A stretch of DNA of 64,000 nucleotides from an uncultured Gammaproteobacteria bacterium (lineage in GTDB: Bacteria; Pseudomonadota; Gammaproteobacteria; Arenicellales; JAANXG01), in NCBI GenBank assembly GCA_945787105.1, contig CALZGZ010000120.1, positions 3,159-67,158 of the forward strand, written 5' to 3'. Each line of letters begins with the position of its first letter. The first letter of the stretch is position 1. This document shows positions 18,740 through 27,154 of the stretch, one piece after another. The position numbers were made by a program, and so were the translations under genes. Under the pieces are notes generated by a model. It was not told where the DNA came from. It saw only the letters and a program-made list of their open reading frames with translations, and did no database searches.

Positions 18740-21090
18740 CGAGCCCGGTTGTAAAACGCGTCGATATTTTGTGCCGTGAGCGGCAACGGCCGGGCGACAC
18801 CAAATCCTTGCGCGAAGTTGACGCCTATACGGCGTAACATGTCCAACGCCGGTTTACTCTCCACGTATTCCGCTATGGTCTGCTTCCCCATCAACTGACA
18901 GATTTGATTGATTGCCTTCACCATCGCAAATTCAATTGGATCTTCCTCGATGTTCTTGATGAACAAGCCGTCGATTTTCACATAGTCGACCGGCAACGTC
19001 TTGAGATATGCGAACGACGATAAACCACTGCCGAAGTCATCTAGGGCGAACCGGCAACCGCGTGCTTGAAACACCTGCATGAACGATGCGGTATTGGTGA
19101 GATCGGCGACCGCGGCAGTTTCCGTGATTTCGAAGCAGATCCTGTCCGCAGGAATGCCTTTTTGGTCGAACTGTTCTTCGAGAAAAGTGAGAAACTCGCG
19201 ATCACCGATTGAGTGTCCGGAAAGATTGATCGAACACGAACGCAGCTTTTCAACATGACCAGGATGCTCGACCAACCACGTCAGGCTGGCATCCACGACC
19301 CAGCGATCGATGCGGGTTGACATGGAATAATGTTCGGCGGCGGGCAGGAATTCACCGGGCATTATCAGCTTCCCCGCCTCGTCCCGCATTCTGACCAGGA
19401 TTTCGTATCTGATACCTTGTTCGTAGTAAGGCAGTACGCTGACAATGGGCTGGAAAACAAGCTGAAACCGGTTTTCCTCCAAAGCCCGAGTGATCTCGGA
19501 GACCCACAGCATTTCGCGCCTCCGGCGCACCAACTTTACACCGTGTTCGTCATTGATATGGATGCGATTGCGCCCTTCGCTCTTCGCCACATAGCATGCC
19601 GTATCCGCGGCGCTGAGCACACTCGTAACGCTTTTCGTATGTTCGTTTATCGGAACCACGCCGATGCTGACACCCAAGCTGAATACGGAGGAATCCCAGG
19701 AAAACCGGAATGTTTGGATAGCTTGATACAATGAGTTGGCGATACGCGTCGCGTCTTCGGCTGAACAGTTTTTGATTAGCAATCCGAACTCATCCCCACC
19801 GAGTCTCGCAAGCACGTCTTCTCTCCGGACTTGTTTTGGCAACGACTGTGCCAGTCGACATAACAACGCGTCACCCGCCTCATGTCCACACGTATCGTTG
19901 ATGACCTTGAACTGATCCAGGTCAAGATAACAAAGGTAGTGCACGGATCGATGATTCTTCGTCTCTGCGATGAGCTGCTGCAGATTGACCTCAAACTGCT
20001 GCCTGTTTAACAGGCCAGTCAACGGATCGTGGATCGCGTTATAGGCGAGTTCATCCGATAACTTGTGCGTTTCGGTGACATCCTGGCCGGCACCACGGTA
20101 ACCACGAAACACCCCGTCTTTATCGTAAACCGGCTTTCCATTGACACTCAGTATTCGCGAGTTGCCGTCAGGCCAGCTTGCGACAAACTGGAAGTTTTTG
20201 AAGGGCCGGTGCAGTTCCAGGTCATGGACATGTTTTCCCCATCCTTCGATCTCGTTGTGGTTGGGGATGAATTGGTAGGGTTGCCCGATGACGGTGTGTG
20301 GATCGATGCCGGTGACCCGTTGATAGCGTTCCGAGAGGAAGGTCACGCCGAGATCCGGTCCGGTTTCCCAGAACCAGTCTGCGGCCACCTCAGCGAAGTC
20401 CTGGAAGCGCTCCTTGGCGTCGCGCACCTGGTTTTCGATCCGTTTGCGAACCTCGATTTCCTGCCTCAGGCGATCATTGGCATCGGCGATTTCGCGAGTC
20501 TTCGCATCAACCAGAGATTCCATATCATTGAACAGCCGATGGCTTTTCATCATCTGCCCGAGAAAGCTGCTGAACACCACAAGGGTGCGCCGGCGTGATG
20601 CTTGCTGATCACCCGGATCACGACTGTAGGCGTGGATGACCGCAACCTCGCCGCCGAAAATGCGGACCGGGACACACGCTGGATCATCGGCTTCATGGAG
20701 ACATTTCTGGAATGTTATCGGCGGATCGCCGAGACAGTCTCCGCACAGCGGCGAGAGCTCAACATCCGACAAACATGTTGGGTCGTCACCGGAATCCGCC
20801 GGTGCCAGGTCAGATTGACCACCGGGCTCTGTACATTGCGCATGCACATTGACAACAGTTTCAGCCTGGCAGTCACGCAGCAGAATGAACTTGCAGCGCT
20901 CGAAATCCAGACGTTCGACCACGGCCTCCGCGGCGCACGACAACAGTTCACGTTCCGTCACATTCCGCAGATCGATATCGGACAGCGCCCTGATCGCCGA
21001 TAAGGCCTCGACCAGTGTGTAATACTCAGTGCGAATACGACGTGCCGCCTCAATGCTCGCTAACGAACCGGATATGTGCGTCCTGGTCAT
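18736..21090 (-). CDS. GAF-like/PAS-GGDEF-EAL c-di-GMP turnover protein
   Basis: 784 aa. GGDEF motif RLGGDEFGLL. EAL-domain blocks YEILVR, FEITE, DDFGSGLSS, KIDG and QGF are all present. A PAS-like region (WFWETGPD...) sits upstream. Confidence 0.9.
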   Translation of the reverse strand: MTRTHISGSLASIEAARRIRTEYYTLVEALSAIRALSDIDLRNVTERELLSCAAEAVVERLDFERCKFILLRDCQAETVVNVHAQCTEPGGQSDLAPADSGDDPTCLSDVELSPLCGDCLGDPPITFQKCLHEADDPACVPVRIFGGEVAVIHAYSRDPGDQQASRRRTLVVFSSFLGQMMKSHRLFNDMESLVDAKTREIADANDRLRQEIEVRKRIENQVRDAKERFQDFAEVAADWFWETGPDLGVTFLSERYQRVTGIDPHTVIGQPYQFIPNHNEIEGWGKHVHDLELHRPFKNFQFVASWPDGNSRILSVNGKPVYDKDGVFRGYRGAGQDVTETHKLSDELAYNAIHDPLTGLLNRQQFEVNLQQLIAETKNHRSVHYLCYLDLDQFKVINDTCGHEAGDALLCRLAQSLPKQVRREDVLARLGGDEFGLLIKNCSAEDATRIANSLYQAIQTFRFSWDSSVFSLGVSIGVVPINEHTKSVTSVLSAADTACYVAKSEGRNRIHINDEHGVKLVRRRREMLWVSEITRALEENRFQLVFQPIVSVLPYYEQGIRYEILVRMRDEAGKLIMPGEFLPAAEHYSMSTRIDRWVVDASLTWLVEHPGHVEKLRSCSINLSGHSIGDREFLTFLEEQFDQKGIPADRICFEITETAAVADLTNTASFMQVFQARGCRFALDDFGSGLSSFAYLKTLPVDYVKIDGLFIKNIEEDPIEFAMVKAINQICQLMGKQTIAEYVESKPALDMLRRIGVNFAQGFGVARPLPLTAQNIDAFYNRAR

Positions 21091-21093
21091 GGC

Positions 21094-21969
21094 TTACACA
21101 AACACATCGACCAATTCCAGAACACTTGCGAGCTCCTTTACCGTTCGTTGCGAGACGGCGGCGACCTCATCCGGGGTTATCCGTAACTTCACCAGATCGG
21201 GAAACCGCAGCTCCGCGTCATCATCGCGGTTTAGTATTTGTGAGGCGACATTAGCGCTTGCGCCTACCAGCATACACGATGACCAAAATGTCCCCCAGTA
21301 ATCAACGTCCCGGTGCTTCTCGATCACCGTGCGTACATCTGACGAAAGCTGCCACCGTCGCGCCAATACACCACCGGCCTGTGTGTGATCGAACCCAAGC
21401 ATCTTGGATTCCGCGTCCATCAACGTGCATGCAGGATCTTGCGCTGCCTCTGCGAAGACCATGGACATATCGTCAGGGCACAAATGAGCCAGGACCAGCA
21501 CTCCGATGTTGTGCAGCAGACCGCACAGATAGCACTCATCCGGGTGGGGTCTGTGGAGCGGCGCAGTAATCCTTGCCAGCGAACGCGCCAGGGTTGCGCT
21601 CAACACGGCGCTTGACCAGAAAAGCCGTGAGTTGAAACCGGGGCATCGTCCCGGAGGAAACGAACCGCTCATAATTATGCCGATTACCAAACTCTTGACG
21701 AGGCTGAACCCGAGCACCCGCACGATCGCATCGTGAATCGACCGGCACGGGATACGCTGGGCGAAATACGCCGATCGGGCGAGCCCTAGGATCCGCGCCG
21801 CGACCTCAGGACAGGTCTCGATCGCGTCGGCGAGATCCCGGGCATTCGTGTCGTCGTTCAACACGCTCATCAAACGTTGATGACTTTCGTGTACCGGAGG
21901 GAGTTCGCGCCAACGGCGAATCCCATTCGCTATCTCCAGAGGGAGAACTGTCGAATGCATTGCGTTCAT
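21094..21969 (-). CDS. HDOD-domain signalling protein
   Basis: 291 aa. LPPVHESHQRLMSVL...ADAIETCPEVAARILGLARSAYF...LLHNIGVLVL blocks are typical of HDOD. Its stop lies 3 nt from the start of the GGDEF-EAL gene. Confidence 0.85.
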   Translation of the reverse strand: MNAMHSTVLPLEIANGIRRWRELPPVHESHQRLMSVLNDDTNARDLADAIETCPEVAARILGLARSAYFAQRIPCRSIHDAIVRVLGFSLVKSLVIGIIMSGSFPPGRCPGFNSRLFWSSAVLSATLARSLARITAPLHRPHPDECYLCGLLHNIGVLVLAHLCPDDMSMVFAEAAQDPACTLMDAESKMLGFDHTQAGGVLARRWQLSSDVRTVIEKHRDVDYWGTFWSSCMLVGASANVASQILNRDDDAELRFPDLVKLRITPDEVAAVSQRTVKELASVLELVDVFV

Positions 21970-22073
21970 CCGGACCTCAAACCTTTTTATCGTTAGCGGC
22001 CCCAGGATCCGGATCTTGAGCGCCTTACTACTCGGACTACTCCGATAGTCGAAGCGCTCGATTCGGCGACGGC

Positions 22074-22100
22074 TTTAGTTTTCGTCCAACTGGCCGACTA
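22074..22100 (+). promoter_or_regulatory. weak sigma28-like promoter candidate
   Basis: TTTAGTTT-N11-GCCGACTA, scoring 6/8 and 6/8 against the consensus with correct spacing. It ends 55 nt upstream of ATG 22155. Confidence 0.35.
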
Positions 22101-22154
22101 CTCTCATTAAAGAGCCGCATCGCGAAAAAGTCATCGACCTGAGAGGGATAGGGC

Positions 22155-22502
22155 ATGAATCGGGCTAACCATTGTCAAAACGACACCGACTTAGTGGCGA
22201 ACATCGCACGCATTCGGGGATGGAGTGAATTCGACGTCTTTAAGGCCGCACATAGGGACTGGTTCGAAACCCCCGCAACCGATCGGGAGATCGAGCGCTT
22301 CTTTGTGCCGTATCTGTTTTATCAAGAGGCGCCGCACTGGGTCCGTCATTACGCACGAAATGCTCAACCTAAACCGTCCAGCGACGCGTCCGTCCGCGAG
22401 TTTGACTCCTGTTTCGCGGTGGTCTGCGTGTGGGTGGCCTTGGCCAACGTAATTCGAACGTGCTTGCGGCAATCGAAATCGGACGCACTGCTGGTCGCCT
22501 GA
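22155..22502 (+). CDS. hypothetical small protein (C-terminal hydrophobic segment)
   Basis: 115-aa ORF with a GAGAGGGATAGGG purine-rich stretch just upstream of the ATG. I recognised no family. It is co-directional with the downstream FliK-like/FlhB-like pair. Confidence 0.4.
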   Translation: MNRANHCQNDTDLVANIARIRGWSEFDVFKAAHRDWFETPATDREIERFFVPYLFYQEAPHWVRHYARNAQPKPSSDASVREFDSCFAVVCVWVALANVIRTCLRQSKSDALLVA

Positions 22503-22620
22503 TGCCCGTAGATGCCACGCGCCGGGTCAACCCGATCCATAGTGCCGCACAGACACTGCGCGTTCAAAAACCTTGTATTGAACTGTATGCGTGTCGAGAT
22601 AACACCATGAGACCGTAGTC

Positions 22621-23802
22621 ATGGAATCCATATCAAACTCACTCGTCACCCAGCAGCTGCTCACGGTGTCGTCGAACCATGCCCAGCTCCGTGGGCTCGC
22701 GATCGGGCAGCAGCTCACGGGCACCGTTCTCACTGTGGCGCAACAGGGCACGGTTACACTCCAGGTGAACCAATCCACGTTCAACGCACGGACCACCTTA
22801 CCGTTGATTGCCGGTCAGACCCTGACGCTGGTTGTCGACAAGATTGGCCCGGAGATCCGGCTCAGAATACTGGACCAACAACTTCATTCCTCGAGTCTGG
22901 TCCAGGCAATTCGGCAACAACTGCCGAGACAGGGATCGGTCATTATGTTGTTGATGAATCTTCATCGTATCGCGCGTCAAACCGGCGGGATGCGACTACC
23001 CGGTTCGATTACGCAATTGGCCCGCCAGATCACGCAGGGACTGATGGAGGTCAGCGGTTCTTTGTCCGGGGAAATCGTGAAGCAGGCATTGTTGAACAGC
23101 GGTCATTTCCTGGAGCAACGCTTGTCGAAGCTACTTTCCGAGTTGCGTGACGGCACGTTGGAACGCGATTTCAAGGCAGGCCTAATGCGTCTGCGTACGG
23201 CGCTGTCGAGTGCTCTAGAGCAGATCAGGGCCCAATCCGGGCGTCACGAGAAAAAAACCAGCGTGCCTTCACGGCCGGGCCAACAAACGCGAGGGCCGGC
23301 AAATCCCAATCCGGTTTCGGCACGGGAAGCCGCGTCTCTCAAGGCATTGATCGAATTATCGCAACAGGTGGAAAGTGCGCTTGCCCGAATTCAACTGCAT
23401 CAACTCACCTCCTTGATCGAACAGGAGGGCGCGCGGTCCGTTTGGATGCTGGAACTGCCGGTGCGGGATGGCGAAACGGTACAACTCGTGCGTTTTCGTA
23501 TCGAAAAAGAGCAATCGCGGGACGAACAACAGCCAGATGGGTCTTTTTCTATCGTATTTTCGGTCCAATTACAGGCGCTTGGTGGGGTGCAGGCGCGGCT
23601 TACCTTGTCGGGCAGTTCGATTTCGGTGGTGTTGCAGGCGGAGCGCGATGGGACGGTAAAACTTGCCCGGGCCCATCTCGATGACCTGTGCGGACGCCTG
23701 CAGCAAACCGGGCTGACAGCGGAATCTGTCGTGTGTCTGCATGGACTTCATCTCGAGGAAACCCCAGACTTCCATACACCACTGGTGGATATTCAGGCGT
23801 GA
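22621..23802 (+). CDS. FliK-like hook-length-control family protein (second copy, different subfamily)
   Basis: 393 aa. C-terminal VWMLELPVRDGETVQLVRFRI...FSIVFSVQLQALGGVQARLTLSGSSISVVLQAERDGTVKLARAHLDDLCGRLQQTGL resembles the Flg_hook domain. Confidence 0.65.
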   Translation: MESISNSLVTQQLLTVSSNHAQLRGLAIGQQLTGTVLTVAQQGTVTLQVNQSTFNARTTLPLIAGQTLTLVVDKIGPEIRLRILDQQLHSSSLVQAIRQQLPRQGSVIMLLMNLHRIARQTGGMRLPGSITQLARQITQGLMEVSGSLSGEIVKQALLNSGHFLEQRLSKLLSELRDGTLERDFKAGLMRLRTALSSALEQIRAQSGRHEKKTSVPSRPGQQTRGPANPNPVSAREAASLKALIELSQQVESALARIQLHQLTSLIEQEGARSVWMLELPVRDGETVQLVRFRIEKEQSRDEQQPDGSFSIVFSVQLQALGGVQARLTLSGSSISVVLQAERDGTVKLARAHLDDLCGRLQQTGLTAESVVCLHGLHLEETPDFHTPLVDIQA

Positions 23803-24086
23803 ATAAGAACCGGCACAATGAGTATCGCAACGCGGTCGCGCTTCAGTATGAACGTGACCAAGGTGCGCCCCGGGTGGTGGCGAAGGGACGGGGACTGATC
23901 GCCGAACAAATCATCGGCATCGCCAAACAAGCGGGCGTGCCGCTGCACGAAGATCCCGAACTGGTCGGCCTGCTCGCGCAAGTCGAACTCGATGCCGAAA
24001 TCCCGGTGCAACTCTACCAGGCTGTGGCCGAAGTGTTGGCGTTCATCTACCAGCTGGAAAAATACCAGAACCCTTCAGCAATCTGA
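23799..24086 (+). CDS. free-standing FlhB C-terminal (FlhB_CC)-like protein
   Basis: 95 aa from a GTG that overlaps the upstream stop (GTGA). AVALQYERDQGAPRVVAKGRGLIAEQIIGIAKQAGVPLHEDPELVGLLAQVELDAEIPVQLYQAVAEVLAFIYQL aligns with the FlhB segment just after the NPTH cleavage site. NPTH itself is replaced by NEYR, and there is no TM region. Confidence 0.8.
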   Translation: MNKNRHNEYRNAVALQYERDQGAPRVVAKGRGLIAEQIIGIAKQAGVPLHEDPELVGLLAQVELDAEIPVQLYQAVAEVLAFIYQLEKYQNPSAI

Positions 24087-24289
24087 TAGCGATTTCAACG
24101 ATTCAGATTCTTTGGAAACTGCCGATGTTACCGATATCGGTGCAGTAGTAAATCAGCACCCAGGAACCTAATCCGCATTTCTCTCCAGGAATCCGGATGC
24201 CGCCGTCGTATTCGCGCCGGTGTGCGAGGCGCCGTGGGCTGACGCCGCTGGGTGAGAAATGTGAGCTGACCATTATACGGGGAATCGTG

Positions 24290-24858
24290 ATGACGACCGG
24301 CCGTCAAGCCTCTACAGGATCGAGCACATCGTCGGCAGCTCGCCAGATACTCTGGGGCCATTTCCTGGATCCCGAGTTCTGCCGGCACCCGACGCGGTAT
24401 ATCGCGCAGTGCGGCATCGCAACGCTGACGATATTCATTGTCTTGTTGCTGTTGGACTCGGTGAAACAAACGGTGCTGATTGCCTCGCTGGGAGCAAGCT
24501 CCTTCATCGCCTTCACCATGCCCCATGTCAACGCATCGAAGCGACGCTACCTCATTGGTGGGTACATCGTCGGCACCTGCGTGGGCTGCTTGTGGGCGGG
24601 CACCGCCTCCTTGCTCATGCAAACGGGTATCTGGACCAGCACCGGACCGCTACTCATCGTGTTCGGAGCCGTCGCGACAGGCAGCCGATCCTCGCCATGG
24701 TCGTCACTAAGACCGAACACCCCTCGGCCGCAGCCTTGGCCTTAGGATACGTTCTGAATGAGTGGGATTTCAGCACGATTCTGGTCATCCTGGCCGGGAT
24801 CGTCGCGATCTCAATAGTGAAGGAAGTCTGCAAACCTTTTTTGATCAATCTGTTATAG
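24290..24858 (+). pseudogene. HPP-family membrane protein, reading frame broken by an apparent 1-nt frameshift near 24675-24690
   Basis: Frame A (24290-~24680) gives LIASLGASSFIAFTMPHVNASKRRYLIGGYIVGTCVG. Frame B (to 24858) gives ILAMVVTKTEHPSAAALALGYVLNEW. Together they make one HPP-family protein. Confidence 0.6.
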
Positions 24859-25020
24859 AAATCGGTTTTCTTGGGCGCAATTCGGGGCGTGGCCACGGTG
24901 TTGCCAGCAACCCGATTGACGGTGGATGCACGTCGAAGATTTGCCGCGCCAGGCAACCCTTTGCCGCTTTGGCGCGTCAAATCCTTGACGTATTGCGGAC
25001 CAGCCCGCAGTTTCCAGCAG

Positions 25021-25036
25021 TGGTACGGAACTTGCA
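25021..25036 (+). promoter_or_regulatory. candidate sigma54 promoter for the sugar-modification/glycosyltransferase operon
   Basis: TGGTACGGAACTTGCA has correct GG-N10-GC spacing and one mismatch to TGGCAC. It ends 41 nt upstream of the only available in-frame start (TTG 25077). Confidence 0.55.
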
Positions 25037-25076
25037 CTCGTGAGGATGAAACCAACGGAACAAAAAGACAACGCAA

Positions 25077-26282
25077 TTGGTTCTGCCCGCACCATCGCCG
25101 GCTCATCCTTCGCCACGCCTAGTTGACACCGGTCGCCGGGGCGCCGAGGCGTTTCTAGTCTTTGGCGGGACCAATCTGAGGGCAATTATTGCATTTTGCC
25201 GCGAATTGGAACGGCTGGGGCGGAGTTTTTCGATTATTACCCGCGGCGTAGAAGACGCGTTGCAAAAGACATGCTTCAAGAGCCACATCCATGCAGTGCG
25301 GCGTAAAGACCAGTTGGACTGGACCGATATCTCCCGCGCCATCACCCAGGCTCAACACCAAAGCGGCAAGCATTCCTTTTGTATCTGCCCCTCCTCCGAG
25401 GCGCTCAACCGGTTTTTGCTGGACCATCGCACCGAACTCGCGAAACTCGGATGCACACTGCCGCTCGTGAATGCCGAGACCTATCATCGGATATCCGATA
25501 AGTACAGCTTCCAGTCGATCTGCCAATCCAAAGGACAGCCCGTGCCACGCATGTACTTATCCGTTAATGCTCTCGAATTCCCCTGCGTGGCAAAGCCGTA
25601 TCGGAATCTCGTTGATGGCCGGATTCTGTATCCGGTGATATTGCGCGGCGATACCGACCTTCAGGCGTTCCACCACCAGTGCGATGCAGGAGAGTATTTC
25701 TATCAGGCTTACGTTGCCGGGCCCAGCCACTATCTTTTGTTCTATGTCCGGCGGGACGGAAGCGATGTCCGGTTTTCGCAGGAGAATCTGTTGCAACAGG
25801 CCGGAGGTAAATCGATCGTCATGGCGCGCAGCGCGAATCTGCATCAAGCGCCCATCGCCGAAAGCTACAAGTCCATATTAATCGGACTCGAATTTCACGG
25901 CCTGATAATGATCGAACTGAAAGGAGGCGGCGGTCACTATACGATGATCGAGGCCAACCCGAGGTTGTGGGGACCGCTGCAATTGTCAATGGACGGCGGT
26001 AGCAATCTCGTGCGGGCTTTCATACAGGATCAGTTGGCTGTCCGCGCAATGAGTTCGGGGGCCACCGATATCCGCAGCGCGCGATATTTCTGGCTGGGCG
26101 GCGTACTGCAAAACCTGCTATCACAACATGCTCTGCAGAAACACCCTGATAATCGTCGGCTGCGCTTTTCGGACATTGCTTGTGGCGTGTGCTCCGATAT
26201 CTACCTGCGTCCGGGCACCGCGCGATTATTTCTTCACGAGATCATCCACACGTTCACGATGCGAAGACGGAGGGAAATATGA
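25077..26282 (+). CDS. ATP-grasp fold ligase-like protein
   Basis: 401 aa. N-terminal Rossmann-like FLVFGGTNLRAIIAFCREL; central PCVAKPY...YFYQAYVAG...HGLIMIELKGGGGHYTMIEANPRLWG resembles ATP-grasp. TTG start with a weak RBS. Confidence 0.65.
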   Translation: MVLPAPSPAHPSPRLVDTGRRGAEAFLVFGGTNLRAIIAFCRELERLGRSFSIITRGVEDALQKTCFKSHIHAVRRKDQLDWTDISRAITQAQHQSGKHSFCICPSSEALNRFLLDHRTELAKLGCTLPLVNAETYHRISDKYSFQSICQSKGQPVPRMYLSVNALEFPCVAKPYRNLVDGRILYPVILRGDTDLQAFHHQCDAGEYFYQAYVAGPSHYLLFYVRRDGSDVRFSQENLLQQAGGKSIVMARSANLHQAPIAESYKSILIGLEFHGLIMIELKGGGGHYTMIEANPRLWGPLQLSMDGGSNLVRAFIQDQLAVRAMSSGATDIRSARYFWLGGVLQNLLSQHALQKHPDNRRLRFSDIACGVCSDIYLRPGTARLFLHEIIHTFTMRRRREI

Positions 26283-27154
26283 GGGCGGCGACCGACCTGA
26301 TAACGGAGTTGCGTGCGCTGTACTTCGATGGATCGAAACACACCTCGTATCAGAACGTGCCCGCCTTCGTTGAGGACGCGTTAGGCTTTCAGGTTTCGAT
26401 TGATGAGTGCTGGCGCAGTGACAAACCCCGCTACCGGTATCTGTTGGAACATTGTCCCCCGCAACCTGGTGAGCACGTCATCGACATCGGGGCAAATACC
26501 GGCTATTTCGCACTGAGCCTTGCACAACGCTTTACAAAGTGCCGCTTCACTGCTTACGAGTTCCATCCACAACACGTGGGATTCATGAGGCTTGTGCGCA
26601 TCGCATTTCAGCTGCACAACCTCGAAATCGAACCGAAACCGGTCAAGGTGGCGGATTCACACCGTCTGCCGCCCTACGATCTGGTGCTGTTTATGAACGT
26701 ATTGCACCACCTGGGTTGCGACTTCGACATCGACGTCGGGCGGAGCAACGACGAGTTCCGGGAAATGGCGGTGGCGATGCTAGGCGGTTTGAGGCAAGCG
26801 GGAAACCGAATGCTATTTCAGATGGGCACGAATCGTGGGGGGGATAAGTCCAATCCGATTGTCGACGCCCGAGACGAACCGCGCAAACTCGCCTATCTTA
26901 CCGACCTGCTCCTGGCCGCCGGGTGGGACATTGACCACATCGCCTTTGCACAAAAGCTCCCAGACGGTGACATCCGATTTCGAAACCTTCCGCGGACCCT
27001 GATCAAAGAAATCTGCGACCGGGCTCGCTCGTCCTCGGCAATCACTGCGAAGACCTTGCACGCACGAGCACCGTGGCTCGACCTGGACTGCTTTCCCGGT
27101 GAGTTTTACCGGCGGCCACTGATCGCATGCCGGGCGGTCGGAGGACCATCGTGA
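26279..27154 (+). CDS. class I SAM-dependent methyltransferase
   Basis: I moved the start to ATG 26279, which forms an ATGA overlap with the upstream stop and has GGAGGG 6 nt upstream. SAM motif VIDIGANTGYFALSLAQ; FMNVLHHL block. Confidence 0.75.
   Translation: MRAATDLITELRALYFDGSKHTSYQNVPAFVEDALGFQVSIDECWRSDKPRYRYLLEHCPPQPGEHVIDIGANTGYFALSLAQRFTKCRFTAYEFHPQHVGFMRLVRIAFQLHNLEIEPKPVKVADSHRLPPYDLVLFMNVLHHLGCDFDIDVGRSNDEFREMAVAMLGGLRQAGNRMLFQMGTNRGGDKSNPIVDARDEPRKLAYLTDLLLAAGWDIDHIAFAQKLPDGDIRFRNLPRTLIKEICDRARSSSAITAKTLHARAPWLDLDCFPGEFYRRPLIACRAVGGPS

Noticed and set aside
24128-24622. 164-aa minus-strand ORF and other overlapping ORFs across the HPP locus
   Set aside because: They are antisense to the HPP-family frames, which carry the family motifs.
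24889-24904. Second sigma54-like element TGGCCACGGTGTTGCC upstream of the ATP-grasp gene
   Set aside because: The spacing is correct, but there are two mismatches in the -24 box and C instead of A/T after TTGC. It also lies ~170 nt from the start. The element at 25021-25036 is the better candidate.
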